DNA from: Octopus vulgaris
Lineage: Eukaryota
Assembly: GCA_951406725.2 (NCBI GenBank)
Contig: OX597826.1
Coordinates: 78,058,001 to 78,122,000 of the forward strand
Length of the DNA: 64,000 nt
Direction: 5' to 3'
Shown: positions 14,558 through 28,647 of the stretch, one piece after another
Layout: each line of letters begins with the position of its first letter
Position numbering within the stretch: position 1 is the first letter of the stretch
Position numbers and translations under genes: made by a program
Notes under the pieces: model-generated
Databases searched by the model: none
What the model saw: only the letters and a program-made list of their open reading frames with translations
What the model was told of the DNA's origin: nothing

Positions 14558-15848
14558 CATCATCATCATCATCGTCATCATCATCATCATCATCATCATC
14601 ATTATGAAAATACTAAACCATCCTTACAGCTATTTATTCCACTTTTAATTGTTAGCTTCTACATGTCTATTATACCTATCTGCGCGCCTGCGCGTGAGTG
14701 TGTGTAATCTTAAATAGTGTGGATTATCACCCTGGCTTAAAGTTTCTCCCAATTCCCAGGTATTAAACTTTGCCGTTTATGCATAAATATCCACATACAC
14801 CATTATATTTGTAGTTCTCTTTAGCATTTTCGCCGTGAGGGCCATGCTTGAAAAGCACGTTAATGGTAAGTTAGGATACCTAACGCCTAAATCCTGCTGT
14901 TTATACTGGAATCACAGACTTTCATGTCGGCAGTTTATAGCTGACCCATTTACATCAGACTGCTCTGCACTTATAATGGTTTGCAGAAGACGGCGAAAAG
15001 GAATAACAGTGACCAATTAGGCACCAATTCTTCACTGCTATTTGTTTTGCGCGTTTCCTGAAGGAATTAAAGGAAAGGAGGAATTCGACTCGAATCGTAA
15101 AGAAATACACCACGAGGCAAGCAGCTGAATACTTTATTATCTATGATTTCATTTCCTTGTAATAATATTTCAAAATTTTAAATCGTATATTAATGGTGTA
15201 AAAGATAGCTTGACTAACCTATTGGTTGTATACACATCGCGTATAAATTTAAAGGTCAACAACATGGAATTCAGTTACGATCTTTTATGAAATATTATCT
15301 GTCTTCGTTGAAAAATGGCTGCTTCATATGATACAAAGAAATAACAACGAAGACAACGAACGGTTACATACATGCATACATACATGCATACATACATACA
15401 TACATACATACATGCATACATACATACATACATACACATACATACATGCATACATGCATACATACATACATACATACATACATACATACATACATACATA
15501 CATACATACATACATACATACATACATACATACATACATACATACATACATACATACATACATACATGCATACATACATACATGCATACATACATACATA
15601 CATACATACATGCATACATACATACATACATACATGCATACATACATACATATATATGCACATACACACGCATACATGCACACATACATGCATACATACA
15701 TACATATATTTACGCACACACACACACATACACGCACACACACACACAAATCCCCTATACCCTTCAAACGCACACACACACATTGTTCATTTTTATAATT
15801 TAATATTCTGAATTTTAATAACATACTTCATGTGTGAATATACATACA

Positions 15849-15975
<127 letters not shown>

Positions 15976-16015
15976 ATATATATATATATATATATAAACA
16001 TTTATATATAAACGT

Positions 16016-16061
<46 letters not shown>

Positions 16062-17129
16062 CTCTCCTGGAAACTTTCATCTCTCATCCAATTTGTAATT
16101 CTGTTAATACCGATATTTGCATTATTTCTCAAATTTACATTATTTAATTAAATGTCTTCTGCTTTATAATTTACAAGCTGCACCTCGCTGGTACTTCCGG
16201 GAGTTAAAAAATAAGCTTACGATATTTTCTTTGAATTCTGGTTTGTTCTGGAGTTTGTTAAGCACACAATTTCACTGTTCTAACTGCTTGTTTCTTCGTG
16301 TAATTCCCGTCTATATATAAATTTTATTCACTTCCAAGTTTCTCCCTGATCTGTCACTATTTTGGGAATTTCGGTGCTATAGACTGCAGCCGCACTGGGG
16401 TACCATATGCACTGGTTTAGTCGATCTTTTCGCTTGCTCCATGTTCGTCAGTGTTATAATTACTACCTCTGTCTCTTGTTGTAGAACGGCTAAATGACCT
16501 TTTGACTAAAACGGACGCAATGTGGCACACCTTTTAGCGGCATACAGATTCATAAGCACATATACATGTGTACAGTCATGTGCAGACTCTCCCACTCACA
16601 CACATACATACATACATACATACACACATACATACATACATACATACATACATACATACATACATACATAAATGCATATATACATACACACACATACATA
16701 CATACATACATACATCATATATACATACATACATGCATACATGCATACATACATACACACATACATACATACATACACACATACATACATACATACATAC
16801 ATACATACATACATACATACATACATACATACATACATACATACATACACACACTTACATAGATACACACATGCATACATACATACATACACACATACAT
16901 ACACACATACATACATACATACATACATACATACACACATGCAAACATACACACATACATACATACATACATACAGCATACACACATGCATACATACATG
17001 CACACACACACATACATACATACATACAAACATACATACATACATACATACATACATACACACATACATACATACACACATACATACATACATACATACA
17101 TACATACATACATACATACATACATACCA

Positions 17130-17822
17130 CTACACAAGACCACTACATCACATCACACTTTGAAGGCTGTGCGTTTGCAATCCAGGAACAGAAGATTGCC
17201 ACAAAGTACCTGGTGAACACGAGAGACAGGGACGCTCTCGTAATCCCAATGTGCAACTGCATATGTGGACTATGTCATGTTTCAAGATATTGCGCATGGG
17301 ATTAACAGCTGTCCTACAATGTTGTCACGGTGCTACCTCCCTATGCGGCACGATTTTGTTGCTAAAACAATTTACAATGTAATCCGCAAAAAAAACTGTC
17401 CCGAAATAAACTTAGAAAATTCCTCTGTTATGGAATACATTCTTAAATACCAAACTCAAGGAATACTGGTGGAATATTCTCATCAAAACTTCTGTCAAAT
17501 GTAAGCATAAAAGACTAGATATGTTGTTTGGGACAGAAGGGCAAAGGTATGTACCTTCATAGAGGTTACCTGCCCTGCAGATATATCTCAATGAAAATCA
17601 AAGAAAATGAGAATATCTATGGACAACGCCTCGAAACCTCAGCTTCTATATCCAGACTATGAATTCATATTCATACCAATAATAATTAGAGCACTAGGTT
17701 TTGTTAGTAAATGCTTAAAGGAGAATCTAGATAAACTGCGATTTTCAGAAAGAGAAATTGACCGGCTGATTCGTACATTACAAGTGCAATCTGTGAGTGC
17801 AACAGTAAAAATATGCATATAT
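17130..17822 (+). mobile_element. Decayed RLE-type (R4/Dong-like) LINE fragment starting directly after (CATA)n
   Basis: Translated pieces across frames: ITSHFEG.AFAIQEQ.IATKYL, zinc-knuckle remnants (CGLC, SCPTM..YLPMRHDFVAKTIYN), EYWWN, IEVTCPAD, QLLYPDYEFIFIPIII.ALGFV, SVSATVKIC. Confidence 0.82.
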
Positions 17823-17824
17823 AT

Positions 17825-17885
17825 TTAAATACTAAACTTCAGGAAAATTTTATAGATTTCTACAGTTCCACTGATGGCCTTGTAT
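17825..17885 (-). mobile_element. Short 3' fragment of the same RLE LINE family, opposite orientation
   Basis: The minus strand reads (CATA)n and then AISGTVEIYKIFLKFSI*, matching the SVSATVKIC / KICKTFLKF terminus of the other copies. Confidence 0.55.
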
Positions 17886-18224
17886 GCATTTATGTATGTA
17901 TGTATGTATGTATGTATGTATGTATGTATGTATGTATATATGGATGGATGGATGGATGGATGGATGGATGGACGTATGCATGTATGTAAGTATGGATGTA
18001 TGTATGTATGTATGTATGTGTGTATGTATATGCATGTATGTATGAATGCATGTATATGTGTATGCCAGTATGTATGCATGTATTTATGTTTGTATCTATG
18101 TATATATATATATATATATATATACACGCACACACACACACATAGATATAAACGTGTATAAGTATGTTTTTGTTGTTGCTGCAGTTGTTGTTGTTATCGT
18201 TATTATTATCATTACTATTATTAC

Positions 18225-18273
<49 letters not shown>

Positions 18274-18426
18274 TGCAATTTAATTCGTAAATGATAATAC
18301 ATTTAAATCCAACTAAATGTGCTGAATGCCTATTTCTCTGTCCACTGATATAGATATATATATATGTGTGTGTGTGTATGTGTGTGTGTGTATGTGTGTG
18401 TGTATATATCAAATATATATATATAT

Positions 18427-18511
<85 letters not shown>

Positions 18512-18569
18512 ATATATATATAAACATATATACATACACATATATATATACATTACAAGCACGCACACG

Positions 18570-18614
<45 letters not shown>

Positions 18615-18645
18615 GGAGAGAATGATAGAGGAATACGACAGAGAT

Positions 18646-18680
<35 letters not shown>

Positions 18681-18844
18681 TGAGAGAGGGGGTGAGAGAG
18701 AGAATCAGACAGACAGACAGACATATATAGACAGAGAATTAAAAATACCAAGAGCTTACTTTGCAAATGATATGCCATTGGATATATACATCATCAGCTA
18801 ATTGGTCATTTTTGATACTTCTCCCCTTTCACTCTTTCTCTCTC

Positions 18845-18887
<43 letters not shown>

Positions 18888-19271
18888 CTTTATGTCTCCA
18901 TTGTATTCTTTCTCTTGCACTGACTCCCCTTCCTCTCTGTATGACGTAGGATGTATTAGAAATAGAGAAGGTGGACTATTGTTCTCAGACATTATACATA
19001 CATACATACATGTGTGTATAATAGGTAAGAGTATGTGTGTATTGAAATGTGTGTGTGTGAGGCGGCATATATGCACGTGCTTATAGGTGTGTGGTTATGA
19101 ACTGTATACACGCGAACGTACAATTATATATGTATGTGTGTGTGTATTGCTGAATTGCTGACGTCATAAAGAAATATATATGTGTGGCTGTGTATATATC
19201 TGTACACCTATATGTACGCGTATATATATATATATATACATATACATACATACATGCATACATGCACACAG

Positions 19272-19308
<37 letters not shown>

Positions 19309-20852
19309 CATACATACATACATACATACATACATACATACATACATACATACATACATACATACATACATACATACATACATACAAGATTCTTCGACAT
19401 GATACTCAATTAGGTGCCTATTTAGGTAACCCAAATTAATACAACTATAATCATCATTTGTAAACGGCCAGCGCAGAACTTCATCCCAATAAGTTAAGCT
19501 AATGAAACACTAAAATCTATACGGACAACCTAATTAGATTTTTATGTGAACAATGTCAATCAGTATAGGTTTCCCAGCATTGCTGGCCGACAGAATATAT
19601 ACGACTATTGCCGAGACTTGAATTGTGCCACGCCCTTTTCAGGTGCCCGAAGCGATAAACATTAATTACTAGAAGCAATGGCCTACTTTTGCATTTTTTT
19701 TGCTCTGAAACTCTGTGCAGAAAATGTTATTTGTTTTTGTGCTTGTTGTTTTGTTAGTATTGTTGTTAGTATTGTTGTTATTATTTTTGGTGTTGTAGTC
19801 CCTAGCGAGGCCTGTTTTTGCTGATATATGACGATGTATATCTCTTAAGAATATCCTGCGTTTATTCCAGAAATAGTGTATCATGTTCCACATTATCCAA
19901 TGTTTTCTTTCATTAGCAACTTTATAGGGCCTGATTTAATGGTGACTTAGTTACTATTTTTAGTAGTTCTAATCACCGTCGAAAGGCTCCCTTCTTTTCT
20001 CAGTAGCGGGTAGAATAGCTCTACCCGAGTCCTACAGCAATAAACCGGCGATGATAAACAATATGGTTGGGGTAAGGCCGTCTTTATATTCCCACTCTGG
20101 GTTTTTAATTTCACATTATGTTGCTGTTACTGGGCAAGTACTTTCATGTTGGTCCGAATTCTTCATGTTTGATGAGAATTTGTTTCTCAGTGATTGTCTT
20201 GGAATATATTGACATCTGAACGGGTTAGCATGTTATTAATTGTTCTCATAGAAAATGAAAGTTCCATTTTGTTTTGATTTATAGAAGACGATGAAAATCT
20301 CGAAAATCAGGAATTAAATTTAAACTAGAAAAATATCTTGACACATAACAAAAGACAACAGTCTTGATCTGTAACGAAGAACATAAATCGTAAACTGGTA
20401 AATACCAGTCAAATGAAACAAAAGAAATTATTGGAAATTTTGGCTTCATACAAGGAAGAAGTAAAAGAGAGAAAGACAAAGAGTGAAAAGAAAAAAAGAG
20501 AGACAGAGAAAGACAAGGAGTGAAAGGGAGGAACGCCAGAAATGACCAATTAATTGATGGTGCGTTTATGTATACCAAATGGCATATCCTTTACTAACCG
20601 AATTCTTTCTTTTTCTTAATTTTCTATTTATTAATGAATTCGAATTTAAACCCAAGGCCAGAGGTTTTGACTGGAAGGGTTTATTTGATTACATCGACCC
20701 CAATATATGACTTGTACTGTATTTAATCGACTTGTGAGTGGGTTTGGTAGGCGGAAACTGAAAGAAGCCCGTCGTATATATGTATATATGTATGTGTGTG
20801 TATATGTTTGTGTGTTTGTGTTTGTCCCCCCCCCCCCAACATCGCTTGCCAA

Positions 20853-21026
20853 CTTGTTTCAGTTATTTGACTGTGGGCATGCTGGAGCACCACGTTTGGT
20901 CGAGCCAATCGACCCCAGGACTTATGCTTTGTACTTATTCTATCGGTGTCTTTTGCCGAACTGCTAAGTTACGGGGACGTAAACTCACAAGCATCGGTTG
21001 TCAAGCGATGTTAGAAGGACACGCAA

Positions 21027-21124
<98 letters not shown>

Positions 21125-21281
21125 ATACGACGGGCTGCTTTCTGTTTCTGTCTACCAAATCCACTCACAAGGCTTTGGTCGGCACGAGGCTATAGTAGAA
21201 GACACCTGCCCAAGGTGCCACACAGTGGGACTGAACCCGGAACAATGTGGTTGTTAAGCAAGCTACTTACCACACAGCCAC
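20853..21281 (-). mobile_element. SINE family B (tRNA-like head, internal (TA)n/(TG)n microsatellite, conserved 3' half)
   Basis: The head on the minus strand is GTGGCTGTGTGGTAAGTAGCTTGCT...CCGGGTTCAGTCCCACTG. An inverted partial copy lies at 20730-20850(+). Confidence 0.85.
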
Positions 21282-22401
21282 GTACATACACTCTAGTCCT
21301 CACTCACACATAAATATGTACTAAAGAGCAGCACGCTAAGCAAGATGCTATATTATATAAACAACACCGAGTGTTAGCGTCCATTAAATTGAAGATGTTC
21401 GCTGTTCACATTAAATAATAAAGAAAATACCATATTTAGCCAAATATAAATATATTAGCAAGAAGCTGGCTCTATAACATAGTGAATGCTGGTTTCAACC
21501 ATGTAACTGAACAAACCTGATTAATACTGGGTTGGCGAAAACTGGAAGGACAACCCTAACACTGATTTTGTAGACGCACATATTAATGAACCATCTAACT
21601 GCTGGTCTGCATGTAATTGAGAAATTGCTTTTTAAAATGAACTCCTCTAGTGTTATAAACTGGGTCTCCGTCGTTTACGATAAGGAGGGTTCCAGTTGAT
21701 CCGATCATCGGGACAGCCTGCTCGTGAAATTAGCGTGCAACTGGATGAGTACTCTACAGCTCATGCGTAATCTTAATGTAGTTGTCAGAGAGATTCAGCG
21801 TGAAACAGAGTGGGACAAAGCTGGTCCTTTGAAATACAGCTCATTTTTGCCAGCTGAGTGGAATGTAGCTACATGAAATAGTGTCTTGCTTAAGGGCACA
21901 ACGCGCCGTAGGAAACCGTACGCAGGGCCTTACGTGAGCCAAAACCACGAATCACTAAGCCACTCGCCTCCACACTAGTGTCGTAGAATGTTGGATAAAA
22001 CACCGATTCGTTGTTGAACAGTTATTGCAATAATCCAAACTTTATTCCTGAGAAATAGTTTGTTATACAATCATACACGAAATTACTTACGGCGAATCTA
22101 TCTTATGCATAAAATATTTATATGAAAATCCCTTTATTTTAACGTTGCATCAATGTGGTAGAAATTCGCAAACCTGAGGATATACGAAAAATAATTTTAA
22201 CATATCAGTCAGCGTATGTACACAATTCCCACGGTTTTCAAGAAAGCTGCTGCCATCGGGAAGGAGTAGAGCTTTTATGTGATCATTTCGCATGGAAGAA
22301 ACAACAGCCAAATCTACCTCAAATTAGACTATCCCGCCTTAAAAATATGAAGGGGATTTTACGATAGATAATAATGTTGTCTTGGATATATTATAAATAT
22401 A

Positions 22402-22630
22402 TATTTCTTTATTGCCCACAAGGGGCTAAACATAGAGGGGACAAACAAAGACAGACAAAGTTTTTAAGTCGATTACATCGACCCCAGTGCGTAACTGGTA
22501 CTTAATTTATCGACCCCCAAAGGATGAAAGGCAAAGTCGACCTCGGCGGAATTTGAACTCAGAACGTAACGGCAGACGAAATACGGCTATTCATTTCGCC
22601 TGGCGTGTTAACGTTTCTACCAGCTCGCCT
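22402..22630 (-). mobile_element. SINE family A copy
   Basis: Reverse complement of the 51170-51420 unit (TTTATCGACCCC.AAAGGATGAAAGGCAAAGTCGACCTCGGCGGAATTTGAACTCAGAAC). Confidence 0.85.
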
Positions 22631-23164
22631 ATATTATAAATATAGAATGGTCACAACTTGAGCAAATTTGATCAATTATCTGCGAGGTTAGGGATGGCCT
22701 GGGGTTAAAGCTCGACAACAGTATCGTTAGTCTGCAGTTTTCTGAAATACCATTTTCTGAAATACCTTCACATGATGTTTCGAGCAAAGCAAGGGTCTTC
22801 TTTTTGTTTGTAAACCAATTCAGAAACAAGAAAAATGTGTGACAATTCAGCGTTTACAGTTAGGTGGCTGACTCAGTTTTAACCAGTTTATCTTAATTTC
22901 AATGGCCCACCATGAGGGCCAGTTACTGGACCTGGAATTAATGTTAGTAACTATTGTTGTGATTATTATAGCAATGGTATCTGAGTTCAAATTCTGCCGA
23001 GGTTGACTTTGACATGCATCCTCTCGGGGTCGATAAATTAAGTACCGGCTTAACACTAGGGGTCCGTGTAATCGACTATCCCCTCCCCACCAAATTCCAG
23101 GCCTTGTACCTCTAGTAAAAAGTGTTATTATAACAATGGTGAGGGCACATCCCTCGACCGCGTG

Positions 23165-23620
23165 GTGGTGGTGGTCATGGAATTCGTTAATAACATCATA
23201 ACCAGCTTTCGCCATTTCTCTCGGTCTTCTGCTGTAGTCTTTCAGTCGCTGACCTGCGCGTCGACCAATATCCGGTTTGAGTTCTGCTGTAGGTTGACAT
23301 CATCATGAATATATGATGGGCAGGTGAGCTTGGCGGCTGCTATTCCTCTCCAAGCTGTTAGCTACAACTATATGCCTCATCATGAGACACACTTCAGCCT
23401 TGAACACTAAGCCATTGATTCGAGCAAGTTCCTCTGCCTTAAATGATGACTCCTTGGGAAGCATTAGCCGGAGTCTTTCATTTATTCATGGAATATTAAC
23501 ACCATCCCCTCATTTGGTTTAGGCCACTTGTTGAAGTAAGAGGAACCAGGATATGCTGCTATGGGTTATCACGTGAGAGATTGCGAGCTGAATGAGAATC
23601 GGTGATGCCTGTCCAGTAAC
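23165..23620 (-). mobile_element. Old RTE-like LINE 3' fragment
   Basis: Minus-strand KTTAEDREKWRKLV near 23200-23250 is the typical RTE terminus, followed by a short (CCA)n tail. Confidence 0.4.
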
Positions 23621-24600
23621 AAGACATTGCAGGAACTCTTTCCATTCAGAGCTCGCTAGAAGGGGCTGTGAAAAGGCAAAGTCGAGAGCGACAAAATTTG
23701 AGTTTAGAATGTAGAGACGGACAAAATGCTGCTATGCATTTTGTCCGGCGCGCTAACGGTTCGGCCAGCTCACCGCTTTAATATAATTGCTTCAAATTTT
23801 GGCACAAGATCAGCAATTTTAAGAGAATGGGTAAAACGATTACTGCGACCCCAGTACTCAACTGGTACTTATTTTATCGATACCGAAATGATGATAGGCG
23901 AAATTGACCTCGGCAGAATTTGAACTCATAACGTAAAGAGCCGGGAGAAATGCTGCTAAGCAGTTTGCCCGGCGTGCTAACGATTCTGCCATCTCGAGTC
24001 CTTTCTATTTTAGGCACAAATCCTGAAATTTTGGCGGGAAAGGGTTAGTCAATTACAGGGACTCAAATAGTATTATTTTATTGACTCTGAGAAGATGAAA
24101 TAAAAAAATCGACTTGAACTCATTTGAACACATATTGCCAGCCTCGCATTAATAATAGCAACAAGATGAAGGCCATCAGAAATAAAATACCAATTAAATA
24201 AAAGTATGAAAAGTCTGCTGAGATGAGGATGACATGATGGTATTATATTGCCAAGGAATGGGAAGAACCTTGGCGTTGAAGTACGGTTTGCTATTGGTAG
24301 AAAATCGTATATACAAAAGAAAATTTTGCCAGGATGTTGTTAGAATAAGATCCAATTCTAGGAGGAATCATTAATTACAAGAGCATATCCAGAGGCTTTT
24401 CAGAAATTGACATACACCTACATGCACATACACACGCACACACACGCACACATACACATATCATATCCATATACATACATATATACATATAGTTAATCCA
24501 TATATATATATGTAATTGAGATTCAGTTGAATTAGATACTTAAGTTGAAGCACCAAGTCAGTCCAGTATTAACCGCATAGCCCGAAGTAAGGTGAATAGA

Positions 24601-24747
24601 ATCAAAATAAGCAACAGGACATCAAGTAGTGATGCGGTACGACCGTTTCCATTTAAACAGATGTAATGATTGCATTGTTCAATTAAATGGAGCTGCTTGA
24701 AACGGTCGTACTGCATCACTACTTGATATCCTGCTGCTTATTTTGAT
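24601..24747. repeat. Inverted repeat, 49-bp arms with 3 mismatches (Penelope-like ends suspected)
   Basis: 24601-24649 is the reverse complement of 24699-24747. The inner CCATTTAA/TTAAATGG also pairs. Each arm begins GAAACGGTCGTAC, resembling the 3' half of a hammerhead. Confidence 0.85.
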
Positions 24748-24780
24748 ATACATATATATGTGTGTGTGTGTATGTATATA

Positions 24781-24849
<69 letters not shown>

Positions 24850-24851
<2 letters not shown>

Positions 24852-25225
24852 TACTCCGTCGGTTGCGGCGACGAGGTTTCCATTTGATCCGATCAAGGAA
24901 ACAACCTGCTCGTGAAATTAACGTGTAAGTGGCTGAGCACTCCTCAGACACGTGTACCCTTAACGTAGTTCTCGGGGAGATTTAGCGGGACAGAGTGTCT
25001 GACAAGGCTGGCCCTTTGAAATACAGGTACAACAGAAACAATAAGAAAGAGTAAGAGAAAGTTGCAGTGAAAGAGAACAGCAGGGTTCGCCACCATACAC
25101 TTCCGGAGCCTCGTGGAGCTTTCGGTGTATTCTCTCAATAAACACTCAAAACGCCCGGTCTGGGAATCGAAACCGCGATCCCACGACTGCGGTTCCGCTA
25201 CCCTAGCCACTGGGCCATTGCGCTC

Positions 25226-25228
<3 letters not shown>
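24850..25228 (-). mobile_element. SINE family C (tRNA-derived)
   Basis: Minus-strand head GTGGAGCGCAATGGCCCAGTGGCTAGGG...GGTTTCGATTCCC with A and B boxes. The 3' body is shared with copies at 21666-21972(-) and 42163-42480(-). Confidence 0.85.
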
Positions 25229-25265
<37 letters not shown>

Positions 25266-25268
25266 ATA

Positions 25269-25319
<51 letters not shown>

Positions 25320-25324
25320 GTATG

Positions 25325-25416
<92 letters not shown>

Positions 25417-26023
25417 TTATGTATGTATTTATGTATGTATGTACAAATCATAGATATGTGAAGCGCTTTTTATCAAAGATGTGTAAGACACCCTTAGCAT
25501 ATTGAGTGTTAAAGTAAAACACCTGACACACACGTAGCGCGGATTGTAACGCTAAAGCAAAGTCTGCAGCAGAAGAAAGGGACCAGCAAGAACCTCGCCC
25601 AGTGCTGGTACCACGAAACGAACCACATCATTAGCATTACTAATGAAGTTTAAGAGAGGCGTGAAATAAGAGCTGAGTCGGATCTCCCTTCAAAGAGCTC
25701 GGGTAAGATCTATCAGAACAACATCCATTTATGCATTCATCCATCACTCTATTTATCTATCTATCTATCCACCCATTTATCTATCCATCCATCAATCAGT
25801 CAATCAATTAATCAATCAATCTGTCTATCTATCTAACCATCTATCTATGCATGCATGCATCCATCCATCTATTTTTCTGTCTGTCTGTCTGTCTATCTAT
25901 ACCTCCATTTCTTACCTATCTTTCTTTCTGTCAATATTTTTCTACTTGAGTCCTTTTTATGTCTTTCTTTCCCTCCCTCTATCCCTCCTCAGACACACAC
26001 ACACAGACATATACATATATACA

Positions 26024-26094
<71 letters not shown>

Positions 26095-26137
26095 AAACTT
26101 GGAAATGGATGCATGGCATACAATCAAATAATAATAT

Positions 26138-26202
<65 letters not shown>

Positions 26203-26858
26203 ATGTATGTATGTTTGTATATATATATGTATATGCATTTATATATATATATATATATATGTGTATAAATATGCATATGCGTTTGTATAAACTTATGAAT
26301 ATATATATACATATATACATATATATATGTGTGTATATATATATATATATATACATATATACATACGTATGCATATACATAATACTTATGAGACACCATG
26401 AATGTCAATACGATTTGTGCGTTCGTTAGTTTTGTTTCATGTAATGTTTATACGAGAGAAAACTACTATAAAACCCACCTCTGCACATTCGCACACACAC
26501 ACACACACACACACATTCACACACACACACACACACGCACTCACGCAGACACACAGGCCACCGCCCCGGCCGCCCACCTCAAACACTCTTAAAAATTTAA
26601 CCAACCCCAACAAGAAATTTTATTTAATTCTAGATATTAAAAGTGTAAAAACTTGATTGTACACTTTCATTAATAGAATACTCCGAATAAGACTGTGATG
26701 TAATTGAAGTGATCGATAATTTGAAATGATTGATTATCTTAACGATTCGTGCTTTCTGTAAGCGGGTGTGTGGGCGGAATTTGCTTTGTGTAACACATTT
26801 TTGTTATCAAACTAAAACCATATAGTTTGGCATATTGCTAAACCTTAACATACATATA

Positions 26859-28100
26859 CAGGTGTTGGACAAAATAATGGAAACACATAGCATTATAGCA
26901 TCATAGCCTCATAATTTTGAAATATCTATAAAACCGTCGAAAGCTTGTTTATTTTCATGTTTTTCTTTTATTTATTATTAGTATTGCTTAATACGTTTTG
27001 CTAAAATTGATGTTTCTTTTCAGATATCATGAGAAAAAGGTATTTAAATTTCATTAAAATGATAAATCTATCGGACTTTCAAAGAGGCCAAATTGTTGGT
27101 GCTCGTATGGCAGGCGCTAGCGTAACGGAAACAGCCGAAATGTTTGATGCATCAAGAATTACTGTCTGGAAAGTAATGACAGCTTCGAGAAAGAGGGGAA
27201 AACAAAACTCCAGAAGAAAACCAGAACTTTCATATAGGGACCGTCGCAATCTTACGCAAATTGTTAGAAAAGGACACAAAAGTACAGCTCCCAAAATTAC
27301 TGCAGAACTTAATAACCACCTAGAGAACCCAGTTTCCACAAAAACTGTTCGCCGGGAGCTGTATAACGCCTGATTTTACCGGAGTGTTGCAATCAGACAA
27401 CAACTACTTTCAGAAACAAACGTTGCAAAGCGTTTAGAGTGGAGTGAAAACCTACAGAATTGCTCCCTAGAGCAGTGTAAGAATATTATTTTCTCGGACG
27501 AGTATACATGTGGAGACAGCTAAAGAAAGCATTTCAGCCAGTCTGCTTTCTTCCAACTGTTAAACATTGAGGAGGATGTGTGATGATCGGGGGGGGGGGG
27601 GCTATATCTTGGAAATCCACCGGCCCAATGCTTTCCCTTCATGGCAGAATTAATTGGTCAAGACTATTTATGTATTTTATCTGATCAAATTCATCCTATG
27701 GTTGCCGAACTGTTTCCTGAGGGAAACGTAATTTTTCGGGATGATAATGCACCAATTCACACAGCTAAAGCTGTTACTGAATGGCACGAGGAACATTCTA
27801 GAGAAGTTGAACATCTTATCTGGCCACCACACTCCCCAGATCTCAATATTATTGAACGTTTATGGTGCATTTTAGAAAAACAAGTAAGGAGTCGAAATAC
27901 TCCACCATCATCACTACAAAAACTAGCGACTGATTTAGCTGAAGAATGGACAACAATCCCGCTGGAAGCAATTCAAACTTTGTACGAGTCAATGCCTGAT
28001 GGAATTCAAGCTGTAATCACTGCCAAAGGCGGTCCTACCACATATTAAAATAATCTTGTTTGAAATTTTAAGGTGTTTCCATTATTTTATCCAACCCCTG
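26859..28100 (+). mobile_element. Tc1/mariner DNA transposon, DD36E (Incomer-like), full length but decayed
   Basis: TA on both sides. 28-bp TIRs CAGGTGTTGGACAAAATAATGGAAACAC (26859) and GTGTTTCCATTATTTTATCCAACCCCTG (ends 28100), with 2 mismatches. Length 1242 bp. Transposase pieces include a HTH region (LSDFQRGQIVGARMAGAS), IFSDE, and FRDDNAPIH...WPPHSPDLNIIE. Confidence 0.95.
27029..28048 (+). pseudogene. Tc1-family transposase pseudogene
   Basis: ORFs 27029-27373 (DNA-binding domain) and 27641-28048 (catalytic C-terminus) are separated by stops and frameshifts. 36 residues lie between the second D (DNAPIH) and the E (DLNIIE). Confidence 0.92.
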
Positions 28101-28571
28101 TATATATATATATATATATATATTTAAATAAATATAAACTTATAAATTTTAAATATACTTATATATTTTAAATATATATATATATACAAATATATATATA
28201 TATATATGTATGTGTATTTTTATATTTATATATTATTTTATTTATTAATTAATTAATTAATTTATTTATTTATTTATTTATTTAATTATTTATTTATATA
28301 TATATTCTTTTATTTCTTTCAGTCACTTGACTGCGACCATGCTGAAGCACCGCCTTTTTAGTCTAGCGGTATTTCGTCTGTCTTTAAGTTCTGAGTTAAA
28401 ATTCCGCCGAGGTCAACTTTGCTTTCATCCTTTCGGGGTCGATAAATTAAGTGCCAGTTACGCACTGGGGTTGATGTAATTGACTTAATCTCTTTGTCTG
28501 TCCTTGTTTGTCCCCTATGCGTGTAGCCCCTTGTGGGTAGTAAAGAAATAAGTATACATGTATATATGTAT

Positions 28572-28647
<76 letters not shown>

